DNA from: Lama guanicoe
Lineage: Eukaryota
Direction: 5' to 3'
DNA: 64,000 nucleotides
Assembly (NCBI GenBank): GCA_013239625.1
Contig: MU053379.1
Span: 2,028,866 to 2,092,865 of the forward strand
Part shown: positions 49,456 to 61,814 of the stretch, piece by piece
Position numbering within the stretch: the stretch's first letter is position 1
Layout: each line of letters starts with the position of its first letter
Notes under the pieces: generated by a model
Seen by the model: the letters and a program-made list of their open reading frames with translations, nothing else
Told to the model about the DNA's origin: nothing
The model's database searches: none
Position numbers and translations under genes: made by a program

Positions 49456-50254
49456 CCACAGTAAGAGATGAAAGGGCTCCGGAGTGACTTCAGGCATCCA
49501 TCCCTGAGCGGCCACCACCCCGTCCAGTTCCCTGGGACTCAGCCCCTTCTGAGGAGCCTGAAGTTCCTGGAAACACGCAGGAGTGTTGATGCTATTCAGC
49601 TGAAACTCACCAGGCAGAGGTTAGGAGCTTGAGCACTGGTGTGCAGCCAGGCCCCCTCGGAGCCTCTGCACCTTCCTGTCACGAGGAAACAGGCTCGTCT
49701 CCATGGCCCTGGGGTTAGATCAAGTCACATGACCAGGATGGACCAAACAAAGACCTGCAGCGGCTCCATATGAGGAGTAGGGCCCCCGCAGAGAAGCAAG
49801 AGCCACTGCCCCCAAGCCCGATATTAACGCAGAGGGGCAGGATGCCGGACAGCTTCTGACTCGACAGCCAGCGGCCTTGTCCTGCAGCCAGCCCGTCACT
49901 GAGCACGAGCCCACAGGCACGAGGATGGGAGCGGGGCAGAAAGGCCCCCCATGTTTATTGCTCGGCTCTAAGCTCAACCACCAGGTTAACAAGCCACTGA
50001 TGCCCCCCACTTCATTTTTCAGCCACCGGTGGAGCCGGCAGTGGTCCAGGTGCATCAGAGAATTTCCCAGAAGCTCAGGAACTTCTTCTCTCCCTCTAAA
50101 ATGCTTACCAGGGAGGGTGGGAGAGAGCAACAGGGCACGTGTGAACATGTGACGCCCACTTCAGAGTCCGGCTGTTCCCTTGCCAGGCCGTGAAGGGGAG
50201 AGGAGGGGGATGAATGGCGTTGGCTGAGAGCTGTGCCTTCCCCACACCTTCTCC

Positions 50255-50720
50255 CCTAATCCTTCCGTTTTGTAGATGAGTAAACTGAGGTCTGGCGGAG
50301 TAAACAGTCCAAGGGAGCAAACTGCCGGCATCACGTTGAGACTGATGTTGTGTAAATACCTCAGCTTCAGTCAAACGAAGAACTGTGTATTGAGAGCTTT
50401 GTCAGTGAGCGGTGCAGGACGGAGGTGTGGTCCCCACCTCGTGGGGGTCTGACGTCTCGTAAGACACAAACTGGGGAATGTCACCCGGTAACGGAAGGTG
50501 AGCGCTGGCGGGTACATCGGCTTGTCCTGCCGTGAGCGGGCCTCATTCCCATTTTGCAGGACAGTTGAGGTTCTGAAAGGGTAAATGACGTGATACCCAG
50601 GATGCAGGTCTTGTCTCCTCACTGCACAGGGGAGGAAAGCGGGGCACAGAGAAATCGGGCAACTTGCCCAGGGCGCGGGGCTCGGGGGTGACAGCCAGGG
50701 TTGACTCAGATGTGCGGCTC
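50255..50720 (-). mobile_element. Cluster of MIR fragments
   Basis: Repeated reverse MIR cores: ccgttttgtagatgagtaaactgagg (~50265), cccattttgcaggacagttgaggttctga (~50548), cacaggggaggaaagcggggcacagaga...aacttgccca (~50625). Confidence 0.6.
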
Positions 50721-51517
50721 CGGGGCGGAGGCAGCTGTGCTGTCCGCAGGGTCAGCCAGCGTCGGGTCCAGTCCCTAGGTGGCTGGGGTCTGCTCTCACA
50801 CCCCCCCCTCCACACCCCAGGCAGGGGCCACCAGGCCAGAGCACCTCCCTGAGCATCTTGGCCGCGGGAAGGAGCAGGAGCCCGGGGCAAGGCGTGCGCA
50901 GGGCTCAGTCAGCTCCGCCCGTGACCCTCGTTTGTCTGAGGTCCCGGAAGCCTCTGAATGGCACTCGTGATCATTACAGAGTCCCCACTATACTGATGAG
51001 AAACACCAACAGAAATAGCACAGCTTGGTATTTACAAAGTGCCAGTTTTCTGTAAATATAGAACTTTGGCTGTGACTGCCGGGCAGCTCGTCCACCTTCT
51101 GGAGACAGACTTGTCTTATTTCAGCTCCTTCCAGGGGCTGCTTCACAGCGAGTATCTCGTGGCCTCAACAGATACAGGGAAGCCTCCAGGTGGGCTGAGG
51201 CTGGGACCAGAGATGCCCCACCTATTACATACTGTGGGGACCCCTGGGTGACGTCCGAGAGGTGTTTTGACCACCCCTCCACCATCTCCACTTAGACTCC
51301 TGACCCCTCACCATTTGCCCAGCGGGTCTGTGGTCTACAGGTTGGAAATCAAGGCTCCTTTATCCATCTGGAATAGCGTTTTCCAAACTGCTTTCCCCAG
51401 ACACTGTGGAAAGATCACCATAGATGTTACGTGGACAATGAGGATTCTTTAATCAGGCGTTTAAGAGATGCTAAGTTATTGTCTGATTATTTCCTAAATG
51501 CAGCCTTTCTCACAAAC

Positions 51518-51804
51518 TTTATTTTTTAATTTTTCTATTATTTTTATTAAAGTATAGTAGATTTACAATGTGGTGTTAGTTTCTGGTGTACAGTAAAGTG
51601 ATTCAATTATATATTTTTTTCATATTCTTTTCCATTATGGTTTATTTTAGGATTTTGAATATAGTTCCCTGTGCTATCCAGTAGGGCCTTGTTGTTTATC
51701 TATTCTGTACATAGTAGTTTGTAGCTGCTAATCCCAAACTCCTAATTTAACCCTCCTCCACCCCCTTTCCTCTTTGGTAACCGTAAATTTATTTTCTGTA
51801 TCTG
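51518..51804 (-). mobile_element. L1 3'-UTR insertion with TSD
   Basis: T-rich tail, then aagtatagtagatttacaatgtggtgttagtttctggtgtacag.... TSD TCTCACAAAC at 51508-51517 and 51805-51814. Confidence 0.93.
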
Positions 51805-51999
51805 TCTCACAAACATTTACTATGCTAATTTGGACCATGAATCTCCATAGGGGAAGAACAATAGCAGGGTTTTCAAAACAGACCACAGCACTCTGTTTTT
51901 CACAGAGTATCTGTAAAAAGCATCCCGTTTTGAGTAACAATGACTTACTACTCTCAGGGCTCATTAATGAACTCAGCTCAACTCTCAAAGGAATGATAC

Positions 52000-52430
52000 T
52001 GTGTCGGTTAGCTTTGGCTGTGTAACAAAGAACCCTCCATTTTAGTAGCTAAACCCAGCAACCACTTATTTAGCTTGTGGTTCTGTTGGTCAGGGATTTG
52101 GGCCTGACTCAATCAGGTGGTTCTTCTGGTTTTGTCTGAGCTTCTTCGGGTGTGTGTCTTCCGTTGTCAGCAGCCAGGCAACATGGCTTTGGGCAGGTGG
52201 CCAGCTGTCAGCTGGGCCAGGGAAACCAATTGGGCCAGATGTTCTGTCATCTTCCAACAAGCTGGCCTGGGTGAATCCAAATGGCAGCTGGAAAAGATCC
52301 CAAGAGATCAATCAGAAGCTGCACGAGGCTCCTACTGGCAAAGCATCATCTCTACCACATTCCGTTGGTAGAAGCAGATCACACAACCAATCCCCATGAA
52401 TCCTAAGCCAAGGAGAAATGGGCACAAAAA
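52000..52430 (-). mobile_element. MaLR MLT1-type solo LTR
   Basis: tgtgtcggttagctttggctgtgtaacaaagaaccctcc...ttatttagcttgtggttctgttggtcag...ccacattccgttggtagaagcagatcac. Confidence 0.8.
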
Positions 52431-53889
52431 CAGAGGCTTCCAAGTTTCTAGACCAGAGGGTCTTTGGGAAGGTGATCTGGTTGGGAGAACAGGGTAGCTG
52501 GGGTGATTACTGAAGCTGTGTTTGCAAAACAAAGAAAAGGAGGTTTGGACCTAGATGGCATGTCTGTTTGGGGTGCCGGGAGAGCCTGGTGACGGAGATT
52601 TCACAAGGCGAAAACCACCCTGTAATCCACTCCTCCATGTCCCCACTGGAGTGGAGTCTAAACTCTCTCCCGATGAAATAGTATTCTCAGGCATCAAAGT
52701 CCACCAGTCAGACGACCAGGAATACACCTGGAGTCACCCCAGGACGAAGTTTGGTTCTTTTAGTTGCTGCAGCAGCGGGGAAGGGGGACACAGCCAGAGC
52801 AGCTTCCCGAGCATCTCTGGAGGTTGGGAGGTTACCCTAGGCTGCGTGACGCTGAGGAGGGATGTCAGAAGGAGGAGAGGGCCTGGGTTAGATGCTGTCA
52901 CAGGTGGGTTCAGCGGATGATTGGATCTCTCCATGGCGTCTGTCCAGGAAGCAGTAAGATGTGAGCAGTGATGCTGGTGTCACTTGGGAAGGAGACAACA
53001 GCTGCCACCAGGCAGGCAGGTTGGGGGTCATTCGAGGTTTGGGGTTCAGTCCTGTGTTAGGCACGTTGCTCAGGATCTGTAGCCCTGTGTGGAAAGGACA
53101 GATTTCTGGTGGGAACAGATTGGGCCGCCTGTGGGCAGATCTTTATTTCACCTTAGGCTGAGGTGGAAGTCGGTCAGTTAGAGACTTGACAGTGTGCCAG
53201 CCTCCGGCATGTGCTGTCCGCAGCCTGGGCTTCTTCAGTTACGTTGGAGGCATGGCAACCTCAAGAGTGAGCCCTCAAATCGGGCAAATGGTTGAGCTGG
53301 CAGATGGCAGCCTTGCCCCCCACCCCATCCTTCCCATTGCCCAGAGGAAACCCTACACAGGGGGATGCTGCCCAGAGGACTCTTTGGTTTGTCACCCTTG
53401 AAAGTAGCACGTGCATTGGAAAAGCAACTCTTGGAATATCCACCCAAACCACATGATTGCCAACAGTAGAACCAGTGGGCGGCTACCACCCTGCTGACCT
53501 CGCAGTCCTCCAGGGAAGCTTGTGGAATATCACTCAGGGAGCTCTTTGAGAGGCCACCATGAGCACACATGGTGCCTCTGGATGAATGACAAAATGGTTC
53601 CCCTGCCTGGGTGGAGCAGCCCAAACAGGGCATAGAACTAAGCTACAGAGTAGAGGCTGGGGGCTCCCTCCCCTCAGCTGAAAGGCTTGTGCAGTGCGCA
53701 GACTGCACGACCGTTCCTAGCCATCTCTGCATTCCTTGGAGGAAAGTTTCCTCTGTTATCTGTAGCAGAATGAAAGCAGGGCCATGTCTCTGCCTAGCTC
53801 CATGCTTTGCTTAAGAGCATTGTTTGTTCAGGCACGTAGCTCTTAACAGAGAAGATTCTTTACCCTGGATCAGTCAACCCACAGATGCA

Positions 53890-54400
53890 CAGTTGACCCT
53901 CATTACTCACAGGTTCTGCACTTGCCGATGGGCTTACTTGCTGACGTTCCTTGGTGACCCCCAAATCCATGTTTGCACACTCAAGCTCGCAGTGCGAGGC
54001 TGCGCTCGGCCTCCTGCCTCAGCGCTGTCAACAAGCGTCCTGTTCACAGTCCACTTGGTGCCACGCTGCTTGCATTTGGGGGCTTTTTGTTGGTGATTTC
54101 ACCGTTTTGGACGTGTCCCCGGCGTGATGCTGAAGTGTGGTCTCGTCCTGTACAGGAAGCAGAGATGCGCCTGACCGAGCAAGTACAGATGTTGGGTGAG
54201 TTCCCTTCGGCCGCGAGGTCAGTGCTAGTGGCTCAACAGTGTGTGCTAAGTACGGCATTCTAGAGAGAAACACACAGAAACCCAGGTTCTGTACTGATCA
54301 TGTGATGAAAACCTGCCTCGAGGCTCACAGGAACCCAGCTCTGTGTGTCCTCCAGGAGGAAGGGTTTGGTACCCATCATTTTTCGGTGTTTGTGGCAACC
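53890..54400 (+). mobile_element. MER82 (TcMar-Tigger) DNA transposon relic
   Basis: cagttgaccctcattactcacaggttctg start; gctttttgttggtgatttcacc, tgctgaagtg, agaaacacacagaaacccaggtt and gaggctcacaggaaccc match recalled MER82. Confidence 0.85.
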
Positions 54401-54559
54401 TGATGACCAGTTGCAAACAAGGAGGCTGGTGGTGTCAGCGTTGCCTCCTGCCACCTGCAGCAGAGCAGCGAGGACCACCCATCTCCCTGCAGCAGGTCCA
54501 CAATCTCAGGACACGTCTTGGGTCACTTGGAGGGGCAGGACTGCCCTGCGTTAGGGGTG

Positions 54560-54770
54560 TGGGCAGCAGGAGGCGTGCGCTGGAACCCCGCCTGCACCAG
54601 AGGCCCACGATGTGTGTCTGTTACGTGGCCTCCCTGAGCCGAGTTTTCCCTCCTCGAAGACAAGAAGATAACGTTACTACATCAGGAGGTTGCTGTGAGA
54701 GTTAGATGGAAAGTGTATATAAAACGCTGGCCGGTGCTGCACTTCAAGTTCTCAGCGAGTGTTGGCTGTT
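54560..54770 (+). mobile_element. MIR
   Basis: cctccctgagccgagttttccctcctc...catcaggaggttgctgtgagagttagatggaaagtgtatataaaacgctgg. Confidence 0.65.
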
Positions 54771-55669
54771 AATGGAGAGAGAACACTGGTCTTTCCCAGG
54801 AGGAAGCAGGGCGGGGGCAGATCAGAGGAGTACCAGGTGGGAGCATCACTGTACTTCAAGCATTTTGGACTTCCTGGGACGTACAGACCCCTGCATTCAT
54901 GTGCTAATGCCAAGCACCTTCCAGAGCCAGGTATCAGTACACTGGGATTATCGGTGCTAACGTCCCTCTCCGTCAGGTCTGCACTGAGAGTGAACGGTAT
55001 CTCCATCTCCACCTGCATTGAAAGCTTTCAAACTGGGTCTCCCTTTAGCTAGTACAGCCCAGCCTCCTGCAGAAGCCCCAGAAGGACGAGGTATTCTCAT
55101 AAAAAAATCAGACCTTCTGTACAAGGAGAGCACTTCTCCTCCTTTGTTGCTTATTCTAAATCGTACTTCCAGCGAATCCTTATGGACGACGCCCGAGACA
55201 CGGGGCCACCCGGGAAGTGTGGCTTGTGCTCCGCACAGTTGTGTGTCCTCTTTGGCCGAGTTACGGGCACCTGTACTTTACAAATTATATCAAATTTTCT
55301 AGGTTTCTAATTTCTCATCTGACCCTGGGTCTCTTCACTCTGCTGCCTAGTTCCTTTTATATCCTTTCTCCTTGTCTGACATTTTCAAGGAAGTTTTTTT
55401 TTCCTCTTGTTATTTGCCTAATTCAGTAGCAAGAATTCCATTAGCCACAGACAAAGAATACTGGATTCTCTAACTGTGTTGGCCCCAGCGACTTCTGGGA
55501 CTGTCACTTCTCCTCTTACTCCTCTATGTGATCGTGTCCTCAGGGGTTTGGCCCTGAGCAGAGAATCGAGTTCCAGCTCATTTCCCACCATGCCCCAATC
55601 CATGTCCCTTCCCAGGCTGATCCCTTTATTTTCCTTTTAGATTTCATTGCCCAGTGGCACATTCCCAAG

Positions 55670-56570
55670 GCAGATGGTATTTTCAAATGACAAAATACAC
55701 ACACACACACAAAACAAAGGATGCATACTCAGAATATATTAAGAGTCTGTTACCAATCAATAAGAAAAAAAAGACAACCCCATAGGAGAAAAAGAGCAGG
55801 ACATTTGACAAGCACTCCACTGACAAGGAAATTCAGTGGCCAGTAAACACATGAAGAGTTGCTCAACTGCACTAAGTCATCACGGAAATGCAAATTGAAA
55901 ATGTAGTCCCAGTGCCAGTTCCACTTCCTCCAGCCTGGCTAAAATGAAAGACTGACAAATCCAAGTGTTGACAAGGATGTGGAGCAACTGGAACTCCCAT
56001 CCGCTGCTAGTGTGATTATAAGTGGATGCAGTCACTCAGTCACTATTTGACAGTGAGCACCAGAGCTGAGCAGCAATGTGGGGTCCCTCTGTGACCCAGC
56101 AAATCCACCTCTGTGTATCAACTGAAATGCATATTGTGTGTGACCCAGTGTCTGAGGACGTCCATGGAAGCGCTGTGTGTAGCAGCCAGACACCGGAAAG
56201 CACCCACGTGCCCACAGTAACGGAAGGAGGGGCACATGGTGCTGACGTCACACGGTGGAACACCACACAGACCAGGAAACGGTCCACGGTGACCTACGAC
56301 TGCTTGCAGAAGTGAGCTGGCATCTCACACACGTGGTCCTGAGCAAGACACACAAGAGTGTGGGCTGTGTGATTCCACTTATATTAAAGCACAAAAGCAG
56401 ATGTAAGTCAGGACAGTGTTAATCCTCAGGGTTGGTGGCTCTGAGGGGGCTTCTGGGGTGCTGGTCACATCCTGTTGTTTCTGGATCTGGTTGCTGATTC
56501 CATAGGTGCATTCAGATGTAAAAACTTTATGGAGCTGTTCCATTATACGTCCATTCCAATAACAAAGGAA
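55670..56570 (+). mobile_element. L1ME-type ORF2 C-terminus and 3' UTR
   Basis: aatcaataagaaaaaaaagacaacccc...ggccagtaaacacatgaagag...ggaaatgcaaattgaaa...caaggatgtggagcaactggaactc...gagggggcttctggggtgctggt. Confidence 0.85.
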
Positions 56571-56859
56571 GCAAGTCGGAATCCCCGAGTCACCGGGGCA
56601 GGGGCGGCCCAAGCACAGAGCCTGCTCCCTGCCCTCGCCAGCCCTGGAGTGGAAGCTGGATTTCAGCCGTGCGCGGGGGCTGTTCACGCCAGCGGCCCAA
56701 GAGCTCGCTGGGTCTGTTACACTTTTCCGCCATGAGTTCAAGTTGCCAGGGGCACCGCTGTTAGCCTCACTGTGTGGGCAGGTGGCTAACACAGACCCTG
56801 GGCCGATCTTCCTTCTATTCTGGTGGTTGATGGACATCAGTACTCATTCCACAGACACA

Positions 56860-57020
56860 GTGAACATCAGATGCGTATTTGCTATGATCTGCTCCATTTT
56901 GCAAATGAAGAAACTAAGGCTCAGAGGGGACAGGTGGCCCACCCAAGGTCGCTCAGTGAACACATTCAGTACGGAGACAGAATTAGAAGCAGGGTCTCCC
57001 AGACTCCAGAACCATCCTTC
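56860..57020 (-). mobile_element. MIR fragment
   Basis: ctccattttgcaaatgaagaaactaaggctcagagggg...acccaaggtcgc. Confidence 0.75.
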
Positions 57021-59599
57021 TAAGTGGTGGGTCGTCCTGCCAGGAGGAGGAGAGCTGAGGACTCAGTCCATTCTCCCAGCGAGGGTCCTGCTCTGGCACA
57101 ACCTGAACAGCCCAGAAACCACCTGAAGCCTTCCACGCCATTCTCTCTTCCTGAGCGCCCGTTTTAATGCAAACTCATTCTTTAATCTGCCTTGAAAATG
57201 CAAAAGCTGTTCCTTTACACAAATGTGAAACCAGAAGGTTCTCAGAAGCCGGTAACACCAACTCCTCCACATTGTACGTTCCAAACAGCACGGAAGGGAT
57301 GAATGTGAGGAATAAACATCCCGTGTGTCACGAGTGGGTGGTTACTGTGGCGTGAAGACTGGCGAAGCGGATTTCCTGACATTCTGCGTCTACGTGAGTG
57401 TGGCAGGAATGGGAGAGTTTGCATTCGATTTGCTTTATTTCCAGAATTATTTTCAGAAATGGTAAAGGAAGCTGAGAGGAAAAAGCAAAACATCTCCGTT
57501 CTTCCTTCCCATTATGGTGCTTCCAGTCACCGAAGATCAACAAGTGTTAATAAAAAGGAAATCTGTCTGAACAGCAGTGTCACTGTAAATGTATTTGAAA
57601 CATGTAACATTGAAGTAATTTAAAAATTACAGATAATTTACTGCTCCCCCCATGTGTCCCTCCCCTCCTTCTTGTGGACTAACCCTGAAAAACTATCCTT
57701 GGTGAGAATGTGAAATGGTGAAGACTTGAAAGCTGGCTGCTTTAAGAAACCCCATACATTTAGCTCATGTGTTCTGATTTAAAAGCAGTTTTTTACTCTA
57801 TTGTCCCTTTATAGTGAACATATTTTGCTTAAACCTTCCTTTTAGGCTAAACCCATGATGGAAGCTTTTCAGATGGAAAAGGATGACTTGTCTGGAAGAC
57901 TTGATAATAGTAATAATGAAGACAGGGGCAGTGCAGCAGGGCGATGTCTCTGGAAGACGTCCGGGCTCCCCTAATCCTCCTCCATTCCCATGCACACCCT
58001 GCGTCCGGGGGAAGGACTCCTGCCCCACCCAGCCCTCTCTTTTCTTTCTCTCTCCCCCTCCCTTCCTAAGCCAACGCAGGACTTCCATTTATAAATATCA
58101 CTGTTTACTTAGTTCCATCCCTGGGTTAGGACAGATCCTGGGGGAAGATGGTTTGGAGGCATAATCCAAGGATGTGGACAGCTTTCCCTTCCCCAGGTGC
58201 CGGGACTCAGACTCCTCGCACCCAGAATGAGCCTCAGGATGCACGGTTGCATTCCTCATCAAAGTCATTTCTAGGCAACTCAGTCATTATTCCCAGAACG
58301 TCCCCATTAAAATATAAAAAGCTCACCTGAGATAGAAGAACCTTTAGCATCATTAAAATAAGAGGGATGGGGGGACATGCTTATCAGCCGCGACTTTAGG
58401 AAGCGAGCCTGTGGGATGGGAGCCGTGTGCAGCTGGTCTGCCCAGGTCCCTCTTCTCCCACATCCTCCTGGTTTGCAGGTCATCAGCTGTCACGCACTGT
58501 GACCCTCCTACTACGTGCGGGTTCTACAGGCCTGGGTGGGGTGGGGGGCAGGGGAGTAGGGAGAGGATGAGGGGAAAGCCTCCACTCCGGCCCTCCGAGT
58601 GTTTACAGTCTGGCAGGGATCCGGACCCGCAGCCACTGCAGACGAGACTCCAAGGGGTCCCACCCGGCAAGACATTATCAAATCAGCCCACCGATCGGGG
58701 GGACCTGTGGCCGGGCCGGAACAGGCTGGAAGGTGGAGTCAGAAGGGGAGAGATGGGGGCAGTGTTGAGAGGCCACGCCGCAGAGCAGACACACCTGAGC
58801 TGAGTATCGAATGATGAGGCTGACGTGAAATTGCGCTCCCGCCTCCGCGGAAAGCCTCGAGCACGTGACGGCGGCAGGTTGCGCGTGGAGGTATCCGCTA
58901 GGTGCTGAGAACGTATGAGTGAGTACCCACGCGTGACTCACAGCCAGCATCAGAATAAGGGCCGGTCATCTCTTCGCACGCCGAGCCTCCCGTTTTCTGA
59001 CTGCCTTTTCCCGGGGACGCAAGCCCCGGGGCGGGCTTCCTGCCTCAGGTGTACTGCCTGGAAACCAGGGCCGGTGCTCGCAGGGGAGGTCGCCCTGCTT
59101 TGGTGTGAAGCTGCAGAGACTGGGTTTTCCCCGCCCTCTAGTTGCTCCTTATGGCTGCAAGGCACACACTGGAGCTTGAGGAGAGTCTGACATTGGGGGC
59201 CCACCTCTGTTTGCACGTTTACTCCAGGCTAGTCACCCCAGAAGGGCAGCAACCCAAAGTGAGAGTGAGGGAAACGTCTCCGTGCGTGGATGCCAGGTGA
59301 CGCCCATCTCTGACGGCGGCGTTTTCAGAGTCGCGCCCTGACCCGGGCTGTGCCTGCCGGAAGGGGGAAGACGGGCCGCCCCGGGAGGTGCTTGACTGCG
59401 GGGAGAGGGCGGATGAGGAGGGGGAGGAGGCGAGGGCCACCGGAGCTCACAGCCTGTGGGAGAGGGGAACCACGAACGCTGGGCGCGAGTGGGGCAGTGC
59501 TTCTGGTGTCCCAGCCCGGGTCTACGGAGTGAGCGATGGTCAAAGCCTGACCCCGCTCCCTCTTCCAGAGGGACCCCCGGGGGTTGCCAATGTCCCACC

Positions 59600-59750
59600 C
59601 ACAGGCTCCGCCTTCTTACCTGTGAAACAGGGACGATGACACCTACCACACTGCCTTAAAGAAGGTATCAAATTAGAGTACGTGTTCAAGGCACATACCT
59701 GAGAGTCGATCCGGATAAATGGGATGTTTATCATAATGATCATGATTCCA
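59600..59750 (+). mobile_element. MIR fragment
   Basis: ccttcttacctgtgaaacagggacgatgacacctacc...tcaaattagag...aaggcac. Confidence 0.55.
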
Positions 59751-61038
59751 GTTATTCTCCGAATTAGCCAGAAAGGTGCGTCTTACTCTCTCTATTTTTG
59801 TAAGTTGAAAAGCAAAGCTCCATCACACGAAACCACTTCTTCAGGGTCACACATCTAGGGAGTGATGGGAAGGAAATGGGGTCCCATGTGTGTCTGTTTC
59901 TCAAGCGGGTCTCACTACCCCTGGAGGGGGCCCATGGCAAGGAAAGGGAAATCTGTGTCCTGGTGGCTTTTTGCAGAGAAAGGGGGCCCTTTTGTGAAGC
60001 GGTGTATCATAGAGGATGTTGGGACAGCCAGTGATGCTTGCTGTGGATGTGAGCCTCGGGAGGGCCTGGACCGCAGTGCATTCGTTCAGCGAGTGTTCAC
60101 TGAGGTCCTGTTATGTGCTGAGCAGGTGCTGGTGCTGGGGTGGCAAAGATGAGTAATAGGGAGGAGGCTCCTGCAGGAGCACAGGGTGGGATGAGAGGTC
60201 TGCGGGGCCGTAGAGGAAGCACTGAGTCATGTGTTCCAGGGAAAGCCAGGCACCGCACTTTGCAGGGAGCCAGCAGCCGGTAAGTGTTGGTGACATTGAC
60301 AGATAAATTAGTTTCCAGGGACAGCTTGTCCCGCAAGGGTAGTGTCGGTGCAGAAAGGACAGCAGGGCCCTGAGCTCCTGCCCTGGGTGCAATTCATGGC
60401 TGTAAATAGCGAGGTTTGTCTCTGCACACGTTCCAGAGTGTACTCACGGAAGTGAGCTGTGCCCTCTGCAAAACCCTAACCCAGAGGCCACACATTTATC
60501 CCAGTGACTTGCCTTTACCTCAAGCATTTTCGGAACTCTTCTTTGTCAGGGAAGAGTTTGCGTGCAGGTGAAACTCAGAAAGTCAGAGTCCTTGTGCTAC
60601 ACTCATTCTTTGTTTTCATCACAAATATGATTACGTGGCCTCGCCAGCCACCGGATTCACACATTTTATCTCCAGGGTCTTTTTGGCCACTTTCTAAAAT
60701 CAAAACTACCCACTAAGGACCTCATCTACCACATTTGAAGTTGTCAGAAAGGACCAGCTACAGGCTTGGAAAGTGGTTCCAAAAGACAGGAGCAATCTCA
60801 CCGGCTCCTTCCCCAAGGGGCCCAGAGGGCTGCCCAGTGCGCCAGGTGAGACCCGGCCAGGTGCAACCACGCTGTAACTTCCTGCAGAGAGGTGAGGACA
60901 GAACAGCATGGAGGATGGACGTCTCTCACTCACTCCCTGTCTTTGCGCTGAGATCCCAGCCGTCCAGGCACGGAGCACCAACAGCATCACCAGGGAGCTT
61001 AGAAGAAAAAACAAAATAAGCAGAAAAAGAACATCTGA

Positions 61039-61814
61039 CACTGGTCAGAGTTGCCATCACTGAGAAGTATGCAAATAGTAAATGCTGGAGAGGGTGTGGA
61101 GAAACGGGAGCCTTCCTGCACTGCTGGTAAATTGATGCCGCCACTATGGAGGACAGTATGGAGGGTCCTTAAAAAACTAAAAATAGGCTTATCCATGTGA
61201 CCCAGAAGTCCCACTCCTGGGCATATATCTGGAAAAGACCAAAACTCTAATTCGAAAAGAAACCTGCACCGCAGTGTTCATAGCAGCACTGTTTACAACG
61301 GCCAAGACACGGAAGCCGCCTAAGTGTCCATGGACATGATTGGATAAAGGTGTGATATGTATGTGGACTATTACTCAGCCACAAAAGAGTGAAATAATGC
61401 CATTTGCAGCAACATGGGTGGAACTATAGATTATCACACTCAGTAAAGTGAGTCAGAGAGACAAATATTATATGACATCACTTACATGTGGAATCTAAAA
61501 AAAGATGCAAATGAACTTATTTATGAAACAGAAATAGACTCACAGATACAGAGAGCAAACTTATGGTCACCAAAGGGGAAAGGCAGACGGGAAAGGATAA
61601 ATTAGAACTTTGGGATTAACAGATACAAACTATTGTATATAAAATAGTTAAACAAGACCTTCTGTATAACACAGGAAGCCCTATTCAATATCTTGTAATA
61701 AGTTATAATGGAAAAGAATCTGAAAAAGAATATATATAATAAATGTACAACTGAATCACTATGCTGTACACCTGAAGCTAACAGCATTGTGAATCAACTC
61801 TACTTCAATTCTTT
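61039..61814 (+). mobile_element. 5'-truncated L1 3' end with TSD
   Basis: ORF2 C-terminal motifs (aaatgctggagagggtgtggagaaacgggagcc) and 3' UTR. TSD AAAAAGAACATCTGA (61024-61038) / AAAAAGAACACCTGA (61815-61829), an A-rich L1 endonuclease-type target. Confidence 0.96.

Noticed and set aside
53660..53730. Possible MER91-like hAT end (ttgtgcagtgcgcagactgcacgaccgt)
   Set aside because: Match is too short to call without a database search.
58885..58910. REST/RE1-like site (gtatccgctaggtgctgag)
   Set aside because: Only the GGTGCTGA half matches well. The other half is degenerate and the spacing is non-canonical.
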